Source: an uncultured Candidatus Rokubacteria bacterium (GTDB taxonomy: Bacteria > Methylomirabilota > Methylomirabilia > Rokubacteriales > CSP1-6). From it: a stretch of 64,000 nt of DNA. Positions 54,581-63,737 of this stretch are shown piece by piece. A program made the position numbers and the translations under genes. The DNA is taken from NCBI GenBank assembly GCA_963762145.1, contig CAVXJS010000021.1, positions 1,152,001 to 1,216,000 of the forward strand, written 5' to 3'. Position 1 is the stretch's first letter; every line of letters starts with the position of its first letter. A model generated the notes under the pieces. It saw nothing but the letters and a program-made list of their open reading frames with translations, was not told where the DNA came from and made no database searches.

Positions 54581-55285
54581 GTGAGCACGCGACCGAGTCT
54601 CGGCCGCCGGCTGGCTGCGGAGTGTGTAGGCACCGCGATGCTCCTGGCGACGGTGGTTGGCTCAGGCATCATGGCGGAGCGGTTGGCCGGCGGGAACGTC
54701 GCGGTCGCTCTTCTCGCTAATACAATCGCGACAGGTGCCGCCCTGGTCGCGCTCATCCTGACCTTCGGGCCGATCTCGGGCGCCCACTTCAATCCCGCCG
54801 TCACGCTGGCCGATGCCTGGCAAGGCGGCATCGAGTGGTCCGACGTGTCCGGATACATCGGGGTACAGGTCCTCGGGGCCTACGCCGGGGTGGCCGCGGC
54901 CCACGTGATGTTCGAGCTGCCGCTGTTCTTCGCCTCTCAGCACGTACGCTCCGGCCCGGCCCAGATGTTCAGCGAGTTCGTCGCGACATTCGGCCTGCTC
55001 GCGGTGATCTGGGGATGCGTCCGGTCCCACTCCGCGGCGGTGCCGTTCGCGGTCGCCGCGTACATCACCGCCGCCTACTGGTTCACGGCGTCCACGTCGT
55101 TCGCCAACCCGGCGGTGACCCTGGCGCGCGCCGCCTCGGATACCTTCGCGGGCATCCGCCCCGCCGATGCGCCCGGGTTCATCGTGGCGCAGCTCCTCGG
55201 AGCAGCCGCGGCGACGGGACTGTTTCGATGGCTCGTCCCGGCCTTGCCCGCCTCCGCACCGGACGTGGTGGTGCCATCACGGTGA
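54581..55285 (+). CDS. MIP/aquaglyceroporin (AqpS-type arsenic channel)
   Basis: SGAHFNPAVT, AYWFT.STSFANPAVT. Confidence 0.92.
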   Translation: MSTRPSLGRRLAAECVGTAMLLATVVGSGIMAERLAGGNVAVALLANTIATGAALVALILTFGPISGAHFNPAVTLADAWQGGIEWSDVSGYIGVQVLGAYAGVAAAHVMFELPLFFASQHVRSGPAQMFSEFVATFGLLAVIWGCVRSHSAAVPFAVAAYITAAYWFTASTSFANPAVTLARAASDTFAGIRPADAPGFIVAQLLGAAAATGLFRWLVPALPASAPDVVVPSR

Positions 55286-56559
55286 GTGTTTTCGAGCCGG
55301 GCGGGCGCAGCTGGCTGCTCGCCATCTGTGTCTCCCGGGTCGGCGCCTACATGATCTACATCGCCTTTGCGGCCACCCTCCCCGTCCTGCAGCGTGAGTG
55401 GCATCTCACGGGGACCGCGGCCGGGAGCATCGCCTCCGCCTTCCAGGTAGCCTACGCAGTCTCGCTCATGGGCTGCTCGGCGCTAGCCGACCGCGGCGGG
55501 GCGCGCCGAGTCTTCCTCATCGGCACCGTCGCCTCGGCGGTGGTCTCGGTCGTTTTCGCCATGTTCGCTCGCGACTACTGGTCCGCTTTGGTGCTCTACA
55601 CACTACTCGCGCTGGCCTTGGGCGGCACGTACACGACGGGAATCCTGCTCGTCGCAGAGAACGTGCCGGTGGAGCGACGCGGCCGGGCAATGGGGAGCTA
55701 TATCGCCGGTCATTCACTCGGACTGGCCGTGGCACTCATGCTCGCGGGCATCGCAATTCCGCGAGGTGGGTACGAGCTCGCATTCTGGCTTCTCGCCTCG
55801 GGCCCTGTCGTCGGAGGTCTGCTTGCCTGGATGGCCGTGCGATCGACCGCCAACGTGGTGACACCTCGCGCGGGCGGTCAACGTTTCGGCGGCGAAGTCC
55901 TCAAGAACCGACCGGCGATGCTGGTCATCGCTGGCTACACGTTTCATTCCTGGGAACTACTCGGCATGTGGGCTTGGACACCCGCATTTCTCGCCGCGTG
56001 CTTCGTGGCGGCCGGCTCCGAATTGACGCGCGGCGCTGGTCTCGGCGCCTACATGACGTCGCTGTTTCACGTGACCGGCATGATCGCTTCGCTCCTGGCC
56101 GGGGTTTTCGCCGACCGCTTCGGCCGGACGCCGGTGATCCTGGTGATGGCGACGGTCAGCGCCGCGTGTTCGCTCATCTTCGGCTGGCTGATCGGGATGT
56201 CCCTGGCCCTGGTCGTCGTGGTGGGACTGCTATACGGGTTCGCTGCGCTGGGTGACTCCCCCATCTATTCCACCGCCATCACCGAGGTAGTGGCCCCGGC
56301 CTACCGCGGATCGGCCCTCGCCCTCCGCTCGCTCCTCGGATACGGAGCGGGCGCGGTCGCGCCGCTGCTCTTCGGCGCGATCCTGGACTGGTATGGGATC
56401 ACGAATCCCGGCGCGTGGGGCTGGGCGTTCGTGAGCCTCGGCATCGCAGGCCTCGGGGCCGTGATCTCGGTGGTGCTATTGCACCGAACTCCTGAGGCGT
56501 CGGCCCTGCACCGGGGCAGCTCCCCACAGGCTTCAGCTATCTCGGAGGCGGCGCGATGA
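55282..56559 (+). CDS. MFS transporter
   Basis: About 12 TM, L.DR.G.RR, H.WEL..MW.W, DS. Confidence 0.88.
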   Translation: MSVFEPGGRSWLLAICVSRVGAYMIYIAFAATLPVLQREWHLTGTAAGSIASAFQVAYAVSLMGCSALADRGGARRVFLIGTVASAVVSVVFAMFARDYWSALVLYTLLALALGGTYTTGILLVAENVPVERRGRAMGSYIAGHSLGLAVALMLAGIAIPRGGYELAFWLLASGPVVGGLLAWMAVRSTANVVTPRAGGQRFGGEVLKNRPAMLVIAGYTFHSWELLGMWAWTPAFLAACFVAAGSELTRGAGLGAYMTSLFHVTGMIASLLAGVFADRFGRTPVILVMATVSAACSLIFGWLIGMSLALVVVVGLLYGFAALGDSPIYSTAITEVVAPAYRGSALALRSLLGYGAGAVAPLLFGAILDWYGITNPGAWGWAFVSLGIAGLGAVISVVLLHRTPEASALHRGSSPQASAISEAAR

Positions 56560-57059
56560 CCAACGGAGCGCTCAAGACGCGACTGGCGACGACAGCCGAC
56601 GCGGCGGCGATCGCGGCGATCTACAACGAGGGTATCGCCGACCGTATCGCGACCTTCGAGACCGAGCCCCGGACCCCGCAGCAGCTCACCACCCAGCTCA
56701 CGGACAAGGGGGACCGCTTCCCCACCGTCGTGGTGGAGCGCGATGGACAGGTCGTGGCCTGGGCCAGCGCCGGCCCCTACCGGAGTCGCCCGGCCTATGC
56801 GGGCGTCGCGGAGCATTCGGTGTACGTGGCCCGCGCGGCCCGCGGGACCGGCGCGGGACGGGTGGCGCTGGAAGCGCTCTGCCGCGTCTATGCCGAGCGG
56901 GGTTTCTGGAAGATCCTGTCGCGGATCTTCCCGGAGAATACGGCGAGCCTGGCCCTTCACGAACGATGCGGGTTCCGGGTGGTGGGTGTCTATCACCGCC
57001 ACGGTAAGCTCGAAGGAGAGTGGCGAGATTGCGTGATCGTGGAGCGTCTCCTCCAGTGA
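56556..57059 (+). CDS. arsN: ArsN-family N-acetyltransferase (arsinothricin-resistance type)
   Basis: IYN.GI.DR.ATFET, E.SVYV, WK..SR.F.EN..S, W.D.VIVE; ars context. Confidence 0.75.
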   Translation: MTNGALKTRLATTADAAAIAAIYNEGIADRIATFETEPRTPQQLTTQLTDKGDRFPTVVVERDGQVVAWASAGPYRSRPAYAGVAEHSVYVARAARGTGAGRVALEALCRVYAERGFWKILSRIFPENTASLALHERCGFRVVGVYHRHGKLEGEWRDCVIVERLLQ

Positions 57060-57478
57060 CCAAACCGAGGGTTCTCTTTCTGTGCACCCACAACTCGGCG
57101 CGAAGCCAGATGGCCGAGGGGTTTCTCCGTGCCATGGCCGGCGACCGCTTCGAGGCGGGGAGCGCCGGTACGGAGAAGACCGCGGTGAACCCGCTGGCGA
57201 TCCGAGCGATGGCCGAGAAGAACATCGACATCAGCCATCACACGTCGAAGCGGTACGAGGATATCGCTCAGCCGCCGTGGGACTATCTCGTCACGGTTTG
57301 CGACGACGCCAAGGAGCATTGCCCGTTCGTGCCCGGCACCGTGAAGCGCCTGCACTGGTCCTTCGAGGATCCCTCGCGAGCGACCGGTGACGAGGCCCAG
57401 CGGCTCGCGGTCTTCCGTCGGGTGCGGGACCAGATCCACGAACGCCTGGCCGCCTGGCTGAAAGCGCCCACCCCCTGA
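57056..57478 (+). CDS. arsC: Thioredoxin-type (LMW-PTPase) arsenate reductase
   Basis: FLCTHNSARSQMAE, TVCD.A.E.CP, HW.F.DP, FR.VRD. Confidence 0.92.
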   Translation: MTKPRVLFLCTHNSARSQMAEGFLRAMAGDRFEAGSAGTEKTAVNPLAIRAMAEKNIDISHHTSKRYEDIAQPPWDYLVTVCDDAKEHCPFVPGTVKRLHWSFEDPSRATGDEAQRLAVFRRVRDQIHERLAAWLKAPTP

Positions 57479-57501
57479 CTCCGGCTCGCCTCGTCGCCTG
57501 C

Positions 57502-58698
57502 GTGTGCGCGGCGCAGGTGTGCGCGCAGATCGGATCGTACACCTGGCCCGCCTTGCTTCCGGTCTTCATGAGCGAGTGGCACCTCACGAACCGAGAGGCC
57601 GGCTGGATCACCGGGGTGCTGTACGCCGCCTATGCCGTGTCCGTGCCGATCCTGGTCACCCTGACGGATCGGGTCGACGCGCGCCGCGTCTACCTGTCGG
57701 GCGTGGCGCTCACGGTCGCGAGCCATCTGGGATTCGCAGTCTTTGCGGAGGGGTTCTGGAGCGCCCTGGCGATGCGGGCGCTGGCCGGCGTAGGCTGGGC
57801 GGGCACCTACATGACCGGCTTGAAGCTGCTGGCCGACCGGGTCGATCCGGTGCTGATGTCACGCGCGGTCGCCGGTCACGCCGCGAGCATCGGGATCGCC
57901 GGCTCGCTCTCGTTCGTGTTTGCCGGCGCCCTGAGCCACTGGTACGGCTGGCGTGAAGCCTTCCTGGGAGGCGCGCTGGTGACGCTGGTGGCCTGGCTCC
58001 TGGTCTTCTGGTGGGTGCCCGCTCGAGAGCGCCACGCCCATCCCGCGCCTTCCGGCGCGCTGTTCGACTTCCGACCCGTATTCCGAAACCGCTCCGCCAT
58101 GGCCTACGCGCTGGGCTACTGGGCCCACACATGGGAGATGAACGCGCTGCGCGGCTGGGTCGTCGCCTTCCTCACGTACGTGGCCGCGACAACCGGGGAG
58201 ACGCCCTGGCTTGCCCCAACCACCGTGGCGATGCTGATGGGTCTCGTCGGAACGTGGGTGAGTGTGGCGGGCAACGAGGCATCGATCCGCCTTGGCCGAC
58301 AGCGGTTGGTGCACCTGGCCATGACCGGCTCCGCGCTCTGCGGTGCCGTGATCGGCTTCCTGGGCCCGCGATCGTATCTGCTCGCCGCTCTCCTGGTGCT
58401 CGTCTACGGGTTGCTGATCTGGCTAGATTCCTCGTCTCTCACTGCCGGGGCGGCCGGGAGCGCCGATCCCAAGCGTCGCGGGGCGACCCTGGCGATCCAT
58501 TCGATGTCCGGGTATGTCGGCGGGTTCATCGGCCCGATCGTGATCGGCTGGATCCTGGACCTCTCGGGAGGCATGTCGGTCCGGGGCTGGGGGCTTGCCT
58601 TCCTGCACGTTGCCATCATCATGGGAGTCGGCCAGGTCGCCTTTCGCCTCCTGGCGCCCCGCGACCTGGCCGGTGACCGGAGCCCGAGCCGGCGCTGA
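57502..58698 (+). CDS. MFS transporter
   Basis: LTDR.D.RR, GTYM.GLK, H.WE..A.R.W, DSS.LTAG; start may be the CTG at 57475. Confidence 0.88.
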   Translation: MCAAQVCAQIGSYTWPALLPVFMSEWHLTNREAGWITGVLYAAYAVSVPILVTLTDRVDARRVYLSGVALTVASHLGFAVFAEGFWSALAMRALAGVGWAGTYMTGLKLLADRVDPVLMSRAVAGHAASIGIAGSLSFVFAGALSHWYGWREAFLGGALVTLVAWLLVFWWVPARERHAHPAPSGALFDFRPVFRNRSAMAYALGYWAHTWEMNALRGWVVAFLTYVAATTGETPWLAPTTVAMLMGLVGTWVSVAGNEASIRLGRQRLVHLAMTGSALCGAVIGFLGPRSYLLAALLVLVYGLLIWLDSSSLTAGAAGSADPKRRGATLAIHSMSGYVGGFIGPIVIGWILDLSGGMSVRGWGLAFLHVAIIMGVGQVAFRLLAPRDLAGDRSPSRR

Positions 58699-58874
58699 GT
58701 TACGAGAACGCTTCAATTCCCCTGTTTGCGAATCAGTTGCTACCACTGGCACGGCCACCCGCTTATACCAGCCGCACGCGTGCTATAAGCCAAGTTCCAG
58801 CTAAGTTGAGGAGCGGGGTAGGGCGCTGCCCCACATGCCGGGCGGGCAAACTAGTCGAAATAAACCGAATCAAA

Positions 58875-58919
58875 TGGTGGGCTGGGACGGGATTGAACCG
58901 CCGACACCAGGATTTTCAG
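58875..58919 (-). mobile_element. 3' fragment of tRNA-Phe(GAA), putative att scar
   Basis: Minus strand CTGAAAATCCTGGTGTCGGCGGTTCAATCCCGTCCCAGCCCACCA; 5' half absent. Confidence 0.8.
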
Positions 58920-59176
58920 ACCCGCCGCCACCGCCTACCTCAGGCACGTGATCCGGGGGCATTCGTTGTGATCCGGGGTTTTCTGGGCGCGGGCCTGACG
59001 TGCTGCTCACGCACCTGGCCCGACGGCAACCAATGAGTCAGTCCGAGTAGGGTTCGAGTCGCTATTGTTCGTAGCTCGGGTGCTCGCTTCGCCGCTTGGT
59101 CCCCTGCGACCGCATGTGCGGCTCGTCCTGTGGCCACGTTCCAGTGTCGCCAACGCGCTGCCCTCACATCGGGTGC

Positions 59177-59241
59177 GCCGAACGGCGCGCGAACCGGCGC
59201 GCGGCGCCGTTTCGCGCGTCTGGTTCAGCGCAGAGTTAGGT
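59177..59241 (-). mobile_element. Integron attC site
   Basis: ACCTAAC-N5-GCTGAACC...GGTTCGC-N5-GTTCGGC. Confidence 0.75.
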
Positions 59242-59309
59242 GGCGACGAATTCGATTGAAGGGAGTGACCGCATTCCGGCAAAGCCGTGAGCGATCTGTA
59301 ACGGCTCGA

Positions 59310-60293
59310 TCACTGGATCACCTCGTCCGCACGCTGTAGCAGCGATTGCGGAATAGCAATACCGAGTGCCTTTGCGGTCTTGAGGTTGATGACCAGCTCA
59401 AACTTCGTTGGTTGCTCCACCGGAATATCGGCGGGTTTTGCGCCCTTAAGAATCTTGTCTACGAAGCTAGCTGCGCTGCGCCAATGCCATGCGTTGGATG
59501 AAAGATAGGACATCAAGCCGCCAGCAGCGACGTACTCACGGCCGCCGAAGCTGGATGGCACCTCGAATCGAAGCGTCAGCCCGATGATGTGGATACGGTG
59601 TGAAAAAAAAATCGGGTCGGGCACGACTACGAGCGCCCCGCCTTTGGCGCGCGCAATGGCTTCGTTCAGTTCGCCTTCTACCGCGACGTCGATACGGTCA
59701 AGGCGAAGGCCCAGTGTCTTCGCGCGCAACGACATCGCGTCAAAGAAGAATCCGTTGGCAGGATTGGCGCCGTTCATCAGCACGCTGATCCTCTTGAGTT
59801 GCGGCACGGCAGCCGACAGCAATTCCACTTGTTTGGAAAGAACCTCTTCGCCCGCCGCCGAAGTGCCAGTGAGGTCGCCGCCCGGCCGGGCCAGGCTGGC
59901 GACGAATTTCGCCCCCATAGGGTCCCCGGCGTTGATCATGACAACAGGCAGTCTAGGAGCACCATCACGCGTCGCGCGGATCGCAGCCGTGCCGACCGCA
60001 AGGATCAGCGCCACCGGAAGCGCCTTGAGTTCGGCGGCGAGTTCGCGCTGGCGCCGCGGATTCACGCCCGCCCAACGAATCTCGATTGCGAGGTTCTTTC
60101 CTTCGACCCAGCCCAGGTCGCGCAAACCCATGCGCAGTTCTTTCAGGTCGATCCGCCCCCCGGGTGTGGGTTCGGTATACGGAGCAAGCAATCCAATCCT
60201 GAAAACCTTGCCTGTCGGCTGTGCGCGAATCGGAGCTGCCTCGATCAGGCATGATCCGGCGACGAAGGTAACGAATGTCCGCCGGTCGATCAC
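59310..60293 (-). CDS. ABC substrate-binding protein (ABC_sub_bind type), gene cassette
   Basis: DRRTF signal, LG.VEG.N, SLARPGG..TG, GGLMSY, KILKGAKP.D.PVEQPTKFEL.INLKTA. Confidence 0.92.
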   Translation of the reverse strand: MIDRRTFVTFVAGSCLIEAAPIRAQPTGKVFRIGLLAPYTEPTPGGRIDLKELRMGLRDLGWVEGKNLAIEIRWAGVNPRRQRELAAELKALPVALILAVGTAAIRATRDGAPRLPVVMINAGDPMGAKFVASLARPGGDLTGTSAAGEEVLSKQVELLSAAVPQLKRISVLMNGANPANGFFFDAMSLRAKTLGLRLDRIDVAVEGELNEAIARAKGGALVVVPDPIFFSHRIHIIGLTLRFEVPSSFGGREYVAAGGLMSYLSSNAWHWRSAASFVDKILKGAKPADIPVEQPTKFELVINLKTAKALGIAIPQSLLQRADEVIQ

Positions 60294-60405
60294 TGAAACA
60301 CCTCGTCGACTAGAGGAAGCCCAGCTATCGTACGCCTACAGCGGGAATTGAGCGCCACCAACGAGAACCTGCCCTGGGCGGAATTCCGACGCCCGATGGG
60401 TTGCC

Positions 60406-60463
60406 GCCCAACGGTCCGTATCAGCCGCGGCCGAAGGCCGTCGGCTGGATACGGTAGTTCGGG
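60406..60463 (-). mobile_element. Integron attC site
   Basis: CCCGAAC...GTATCCAGCC...GGCTGATAC...GTTGGGC. Confidence 0.75.
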
Positions 60464-60495
60464 TTCGCGCCGGCTCGGCCATGGAATGCCAGCCC

Positions 60496-61470
60496 CTATT
60501 CGATGACATGATCCGCCCGTAGCAACAATGGCCGCGGGATCGTAAGGCTCAGCGTTTTGGCGGTCTTCAAGTTGAAGACGAGTTGGAAATGTGTGGGCTG
60601 CTCCACGGGTAAATCGCCGGGTGCGGCGCCTTTGAGGATCTTGTCGACGTAGATGGCCGCACGCTTTGGCAGATCGCTGAACTCCGACGCATAGGCGACC
60701 AGCCCGCCCGCTTCCGCGAAACGCCGGAGGCCGGACACTGCAGGTAACCGGTGTTTTAGCGTGAGTCGCACGAGCGTCGATCGGACCTCCGGATCGACCG
60801 TGAAGATGGGCTGGACGACAATGCCTCCAACCCGATCTCGCGCGATCGAGCCGAGCGCGGTCTCGAGTTCTCCAATGCTTCCCAGGATGACGGGCCGACA
60901 TTGGAGGCCGAGTCGCCGGGCCGACGATTCGGCCTCGCCGAGAAACTCGCGATGTAGCGGATCGTCGCTGTGCACCACGCACGCGAACCGCGTGGCGCGA
61001 GGCAAGGCTTCGTGGAGTAGTTCGACGGTCTTGCCGGCCAATTCGATCAACGCCAGCGACAGGCCCGTGACGTTGCCCCCTGGCCGTGCCAAGTTGGTGA
61101 CGAGCCCTGTCCGGAGCGCGTCACCGGCCGCGGCCATAATGATCGGAATGTGGCGCGTCGCCTCCATGGCCGCCTGAACGCTCGGCGTAGCAGAGGCGAC
61201 GATGAGGTCCATGTTCGCGCGGACTAGTGCTTCGGCCAGCATGGGGAGACGATTGGTCTGGCCGTCTGCCCAGCGGTGCTCGATGACGACGTTGCGCCCT
61301 TCGACGTAGCCGAGGTCGACAAGGGCTCGCCGGAACCCCTCCCGGAACGGTTCCGGGGCGCCAAAGGACAGTACACCGATGCGGGCGACTTTGTCCGCTT
61401 GCTGCGCCGCGAGGACGACTGGTGCGACAAGAACGGTCAGGGTGCCGGCGAGAAAGACCCGACGCTCCAT
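60496..61470 (-). CDS. ABC substrate-binding protein (ABC_sub_bind type), gene cassette
   Basis: MERRVFL, LGYVEGRN, LARPGGNVTG, KILKGA.P.DLPVEQPT. Confidence 0.92.
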   Translation of the reverse strand: MERRVFLAGTLTVLVAPVVLAAQQADKVARIGVLSFGAPEPFREGFRRALVDLGYVEGRNVVIEHRWADGQTNRLPMLAEALVRANMDLIVASATPSVQAAMEATRHIPIIMAAAGDALRTGLVTNLARPGGNVTGLSLALIELAGKTVELLHEALPRATRFACVVHSDDPLHREFLGEAESSARRLGLQCRPVILGSIGELETALGSIARDRVGGIVVQPIFTVDPEVRSTLVRLTLKHRLPAVSGLRRFAEAGGLVAYASEFSDLPKRAAIYVDKILKGAAPGDLPVEQPTHFQLVFNLKTAKTLSLTIPRPLLLRADHVIE

Positions 61471-61542
61471 CACCCACCTGGGCTGAGTCGTTCGACCGTT
61501 ATCACTGCGCACTGTGCCAGTCGTGCTGCCGGTGCCCGCGAA

Positions 61543-61600
61543 GCCTAACGCTTGAGCTCAGCCGCGCGCGGAGGCCGCAGGCTGCAGCGATGGGTTGGGC
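61543..61600 (-). mobile_element. Integron attC site
   Basis: GCCCAAC-CCATC-GCTGCAGCC...GGCTGAGC-TCAAGC-GTTAGGC. Confidence 0.85.
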
Positions 61601-61646
61601 CGCGCTCGTTGGGACCAAAGCATTGCCGTTGGCAAAGCAGCCTGAC

Positions 61647-62078
61647 CTATTTCCTGATTACAGATTCTGCCGGGCGCGGCGTCGTAATTGGATCAGCGTG
61701 GCGATGAACGAGCCTCCACTCGCCTTGCTCGCTCCGAAACACGCTCGTGACGCGGGCAGCTATGGGTACCAATTCCGCGCCGCCACCGACCTTTGCTCTT
61801 CCGCGCTCTACCTCGACGACACATGCTAAATCGGCACTAGCGTAGATCGCGATTAGATCTGCCGCAGTCACCTGCCCGTCGCGGTAGTGCGACGCCGCAC
61901 CATCAAGTGTTGCCTCGACCTTCTTCCGGCCGTGCGCATACGGTCCGAAGGGATTGCCTAGCGTGATGTCCTCGCGCTGAGAGAACAAAGCCTTGTACCC
62001 ACTGGAGTCTCCTTTGAGGATCAACGCTAGCGCCTCGTGACTTCGCTCGATTGCGCGTTCAAGGTCGGTCGTTGCCAT
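61647..62078 (-). CDS. NTF2/SnoaL-like (DUF4440/YybH) protein, gene cassette
   Basis: T..NPFG, R.T.VFR.E.G.W.LVHRHADP. Confidence 0.85.
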   Translation of the reverse strand: MATTDLERAIERSHEALALILKGDSSGYKALFSQREDITLGNPFGPYAHGRKKVEATLDGAASHYRDGQVTAADLIAIYASADLACVVEVERGRAKVGGGAELVPIAARVTSVFRSEQGEWRLVHRHADPITTPRPAESVIRK

Positions 62079-62153
62079 ATGCCCTTCTCCGTTTGCTTGA
62101 TTGCGCGGTCTTCGCGGGCGCATCTCGATGCCCGGGCGGCGTGTGAGCGCGCG

Positions 62154-62224
62154 GCCCAACGCCACGTTGACCGGCCGTGGCGAGCGAATGCGAGCCAGCG
62201 GTCCGTTCGAACGTGAAGTTGGGC
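62154..62224 (-). mobile_element. Integron attC site
   Basis: GCCCAAC-TTCACGTTCGAAC...GGTCAACGTGGC-GTTGGGC. Confidence 0.8.
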
Positions 62225-62262
62225 GTCACGCCGCGGGCAGGCAGTTCCGAGGAATCCCTCGA

Positions 62263-62682
62263 TCACTTGCGATCCACTCCGTGCGCAACCTGACGTTGGT
62301 ACTCCACAGCATCGAAGTTGCCGAGCGATTCGGCGCCCAAGCCACCACTACCAATCCGCCACTCTTCGGATCCGCTGATACGAACCCGCTTGCCAGTACC
62401 ACCAGGTCCGCTGTTGGTGCCTTCTAAGGTCCACTTGTAGATCACCTTGCCCCGTTGCTCGAGCAGATCATCCATATATACCTTGAGATCAGGAAAGGCA
62501 CTCATGAACCCCTGCGCAGCTTCGGTGATCGCGCTTCGTCCCACCGACGGGGTGCCTCCATTGATGGTCAGCGAGCCGCCTGGAGCAAAGAACGCAGCAA
62601 CGCTGGCCGCATCCTGGCTGCACCAGGCAGCCGTATATCGGGTGGCAAACTCACGGAGCTCAGTCATTCTGTCTTGTGCCAT
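62263..62682 (-). CDS. SnoaL-like ester cyclase, first gene cassette
   Basis: Y.AAW...D, AFPD, W.L.GT..G..GTGK.VRI.G.E.W. Confidence 0.85.
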   Translation of the reverse strand: MAQDRMTELREFATRYTAAWCSQDAASVAAFFAPGGSLTINGGTPSVGRSAITEAAQGFMSAFPDLKVYMDDLLEQRGKVIYKWTLEGTNSGPGGTGKRVRISGSEEWRIGSGGLGAESLGNFDAVEYQRQVAHGVDRK

Positions 62683-62733
62683 GGGCTCCTCCGGTGGATG
62701 GGTGCGTATCCGCGGAATCACTGTATTCGTGAC

Positions 62734-62764
62734 GTCCAACTAGAATTATCTAGACCTGGATAAC
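62734..62764 (-). mobile_element. attI-like site
   Basis: GTTATCCAGGTC-TAGATAA-TTCTA-GTTGGAC at the head of the cassette array; not part of an attC hairpin. Confidence 0.55.
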
Positions 62765-63737
62765 GGCGTACACTGCAGTCCCGGTCAGGCTAATCCGCCC
62801 GAGCGACCGGTTCATCCTGAGCAGAAAGCCTTCGCTGATCCGCCTTTGCCCCATCGTCCTGTCTTGGCCCCGCAGTGTTACACAGACCCGCGTAATCCGG
62901 TAGATCAGGGCAACGGGCCTGCTCCTCTTACGCGCCGCGCCGAGTCTGCGCGGCGCCAGTGGATCCTGACCTGCAGGAAAAGGGCGATGAATCCCTTGGA
63001 TCCGGGGACGGGTATCGGGGGGCTGGAGCCGTCCAGACCGATGCCGCCGCCACGGATTCCGTGACGGCCCGCGAGCTGCGCATCGGGAACCGTGCGGTGG
63101 GGCAATCCGCCGGACGATTCCGCCTGCGTCAGCCGCAGGCCCTCAGAGAACTCGGCCTTAACCTTAAGGCTGGCGCCTCCGTTCCCCGAGCCACGGCCTC
63201 GGTGTCCAGGTCCGCCAGTTCGCAAGCGTCGTCCAAGATCAATCCGTGAATAGTGCTTCCGGGCCGCGCCGAGGACTTCCAATCCCGAGCGCGCGGATCC
63301 GAAGACGTTGCCTCAAGTCAGTTCGCGAATAACATCGTGGGGTGATCCCCGCTACTCGTGGAGTGCACTTTCAGGTTGTTGCCAGGGCCCGCAAGCACTT
63401 GCAGGCAAACAGGTCACTCGCATTCCGGTTCGATGTCATGCTCTGAAGCTCGCGCGGAGGGCTTTATCTGCGCTGTGTCTCCGGCGGGGCGGCTGGCGTC
63501 TGAGTCTCGCATTATGTCACGGGGACGGGGCCCACGGACGGGGCGACCGCGCCGCCGGAGGGGGCCAATGCTGCCTACGCTCGGCCCCGCTGCTCGCCCT
63601 CACGCACAGTGGGCCCGCTCGCCACCTTGCTCGTATCCATGTGCAGGGTCGCGTGGCGGCCCTCCAGGTTCCGGTGCCTTCCCGCCGCCACGCTGTCCCT
63701 TGCCGGACGTTTCGTCGACGAGGCTGAAGGTCCGCTG

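Noticed and set aside
58740-58850. sigma54-like and UAS-like words before the tRNA fragment
   Set aside because: Spacing or -12 element does not fit, and there is no downstream gene
58875-58950. Intact tRNA-Phe gene
   Set aside because: D-arm and 5' acceptor strand are absent
59177-62224. CRISPR array
   Set aside because: Repeats are non-identical palindromes separated by whole genes; no cas genes
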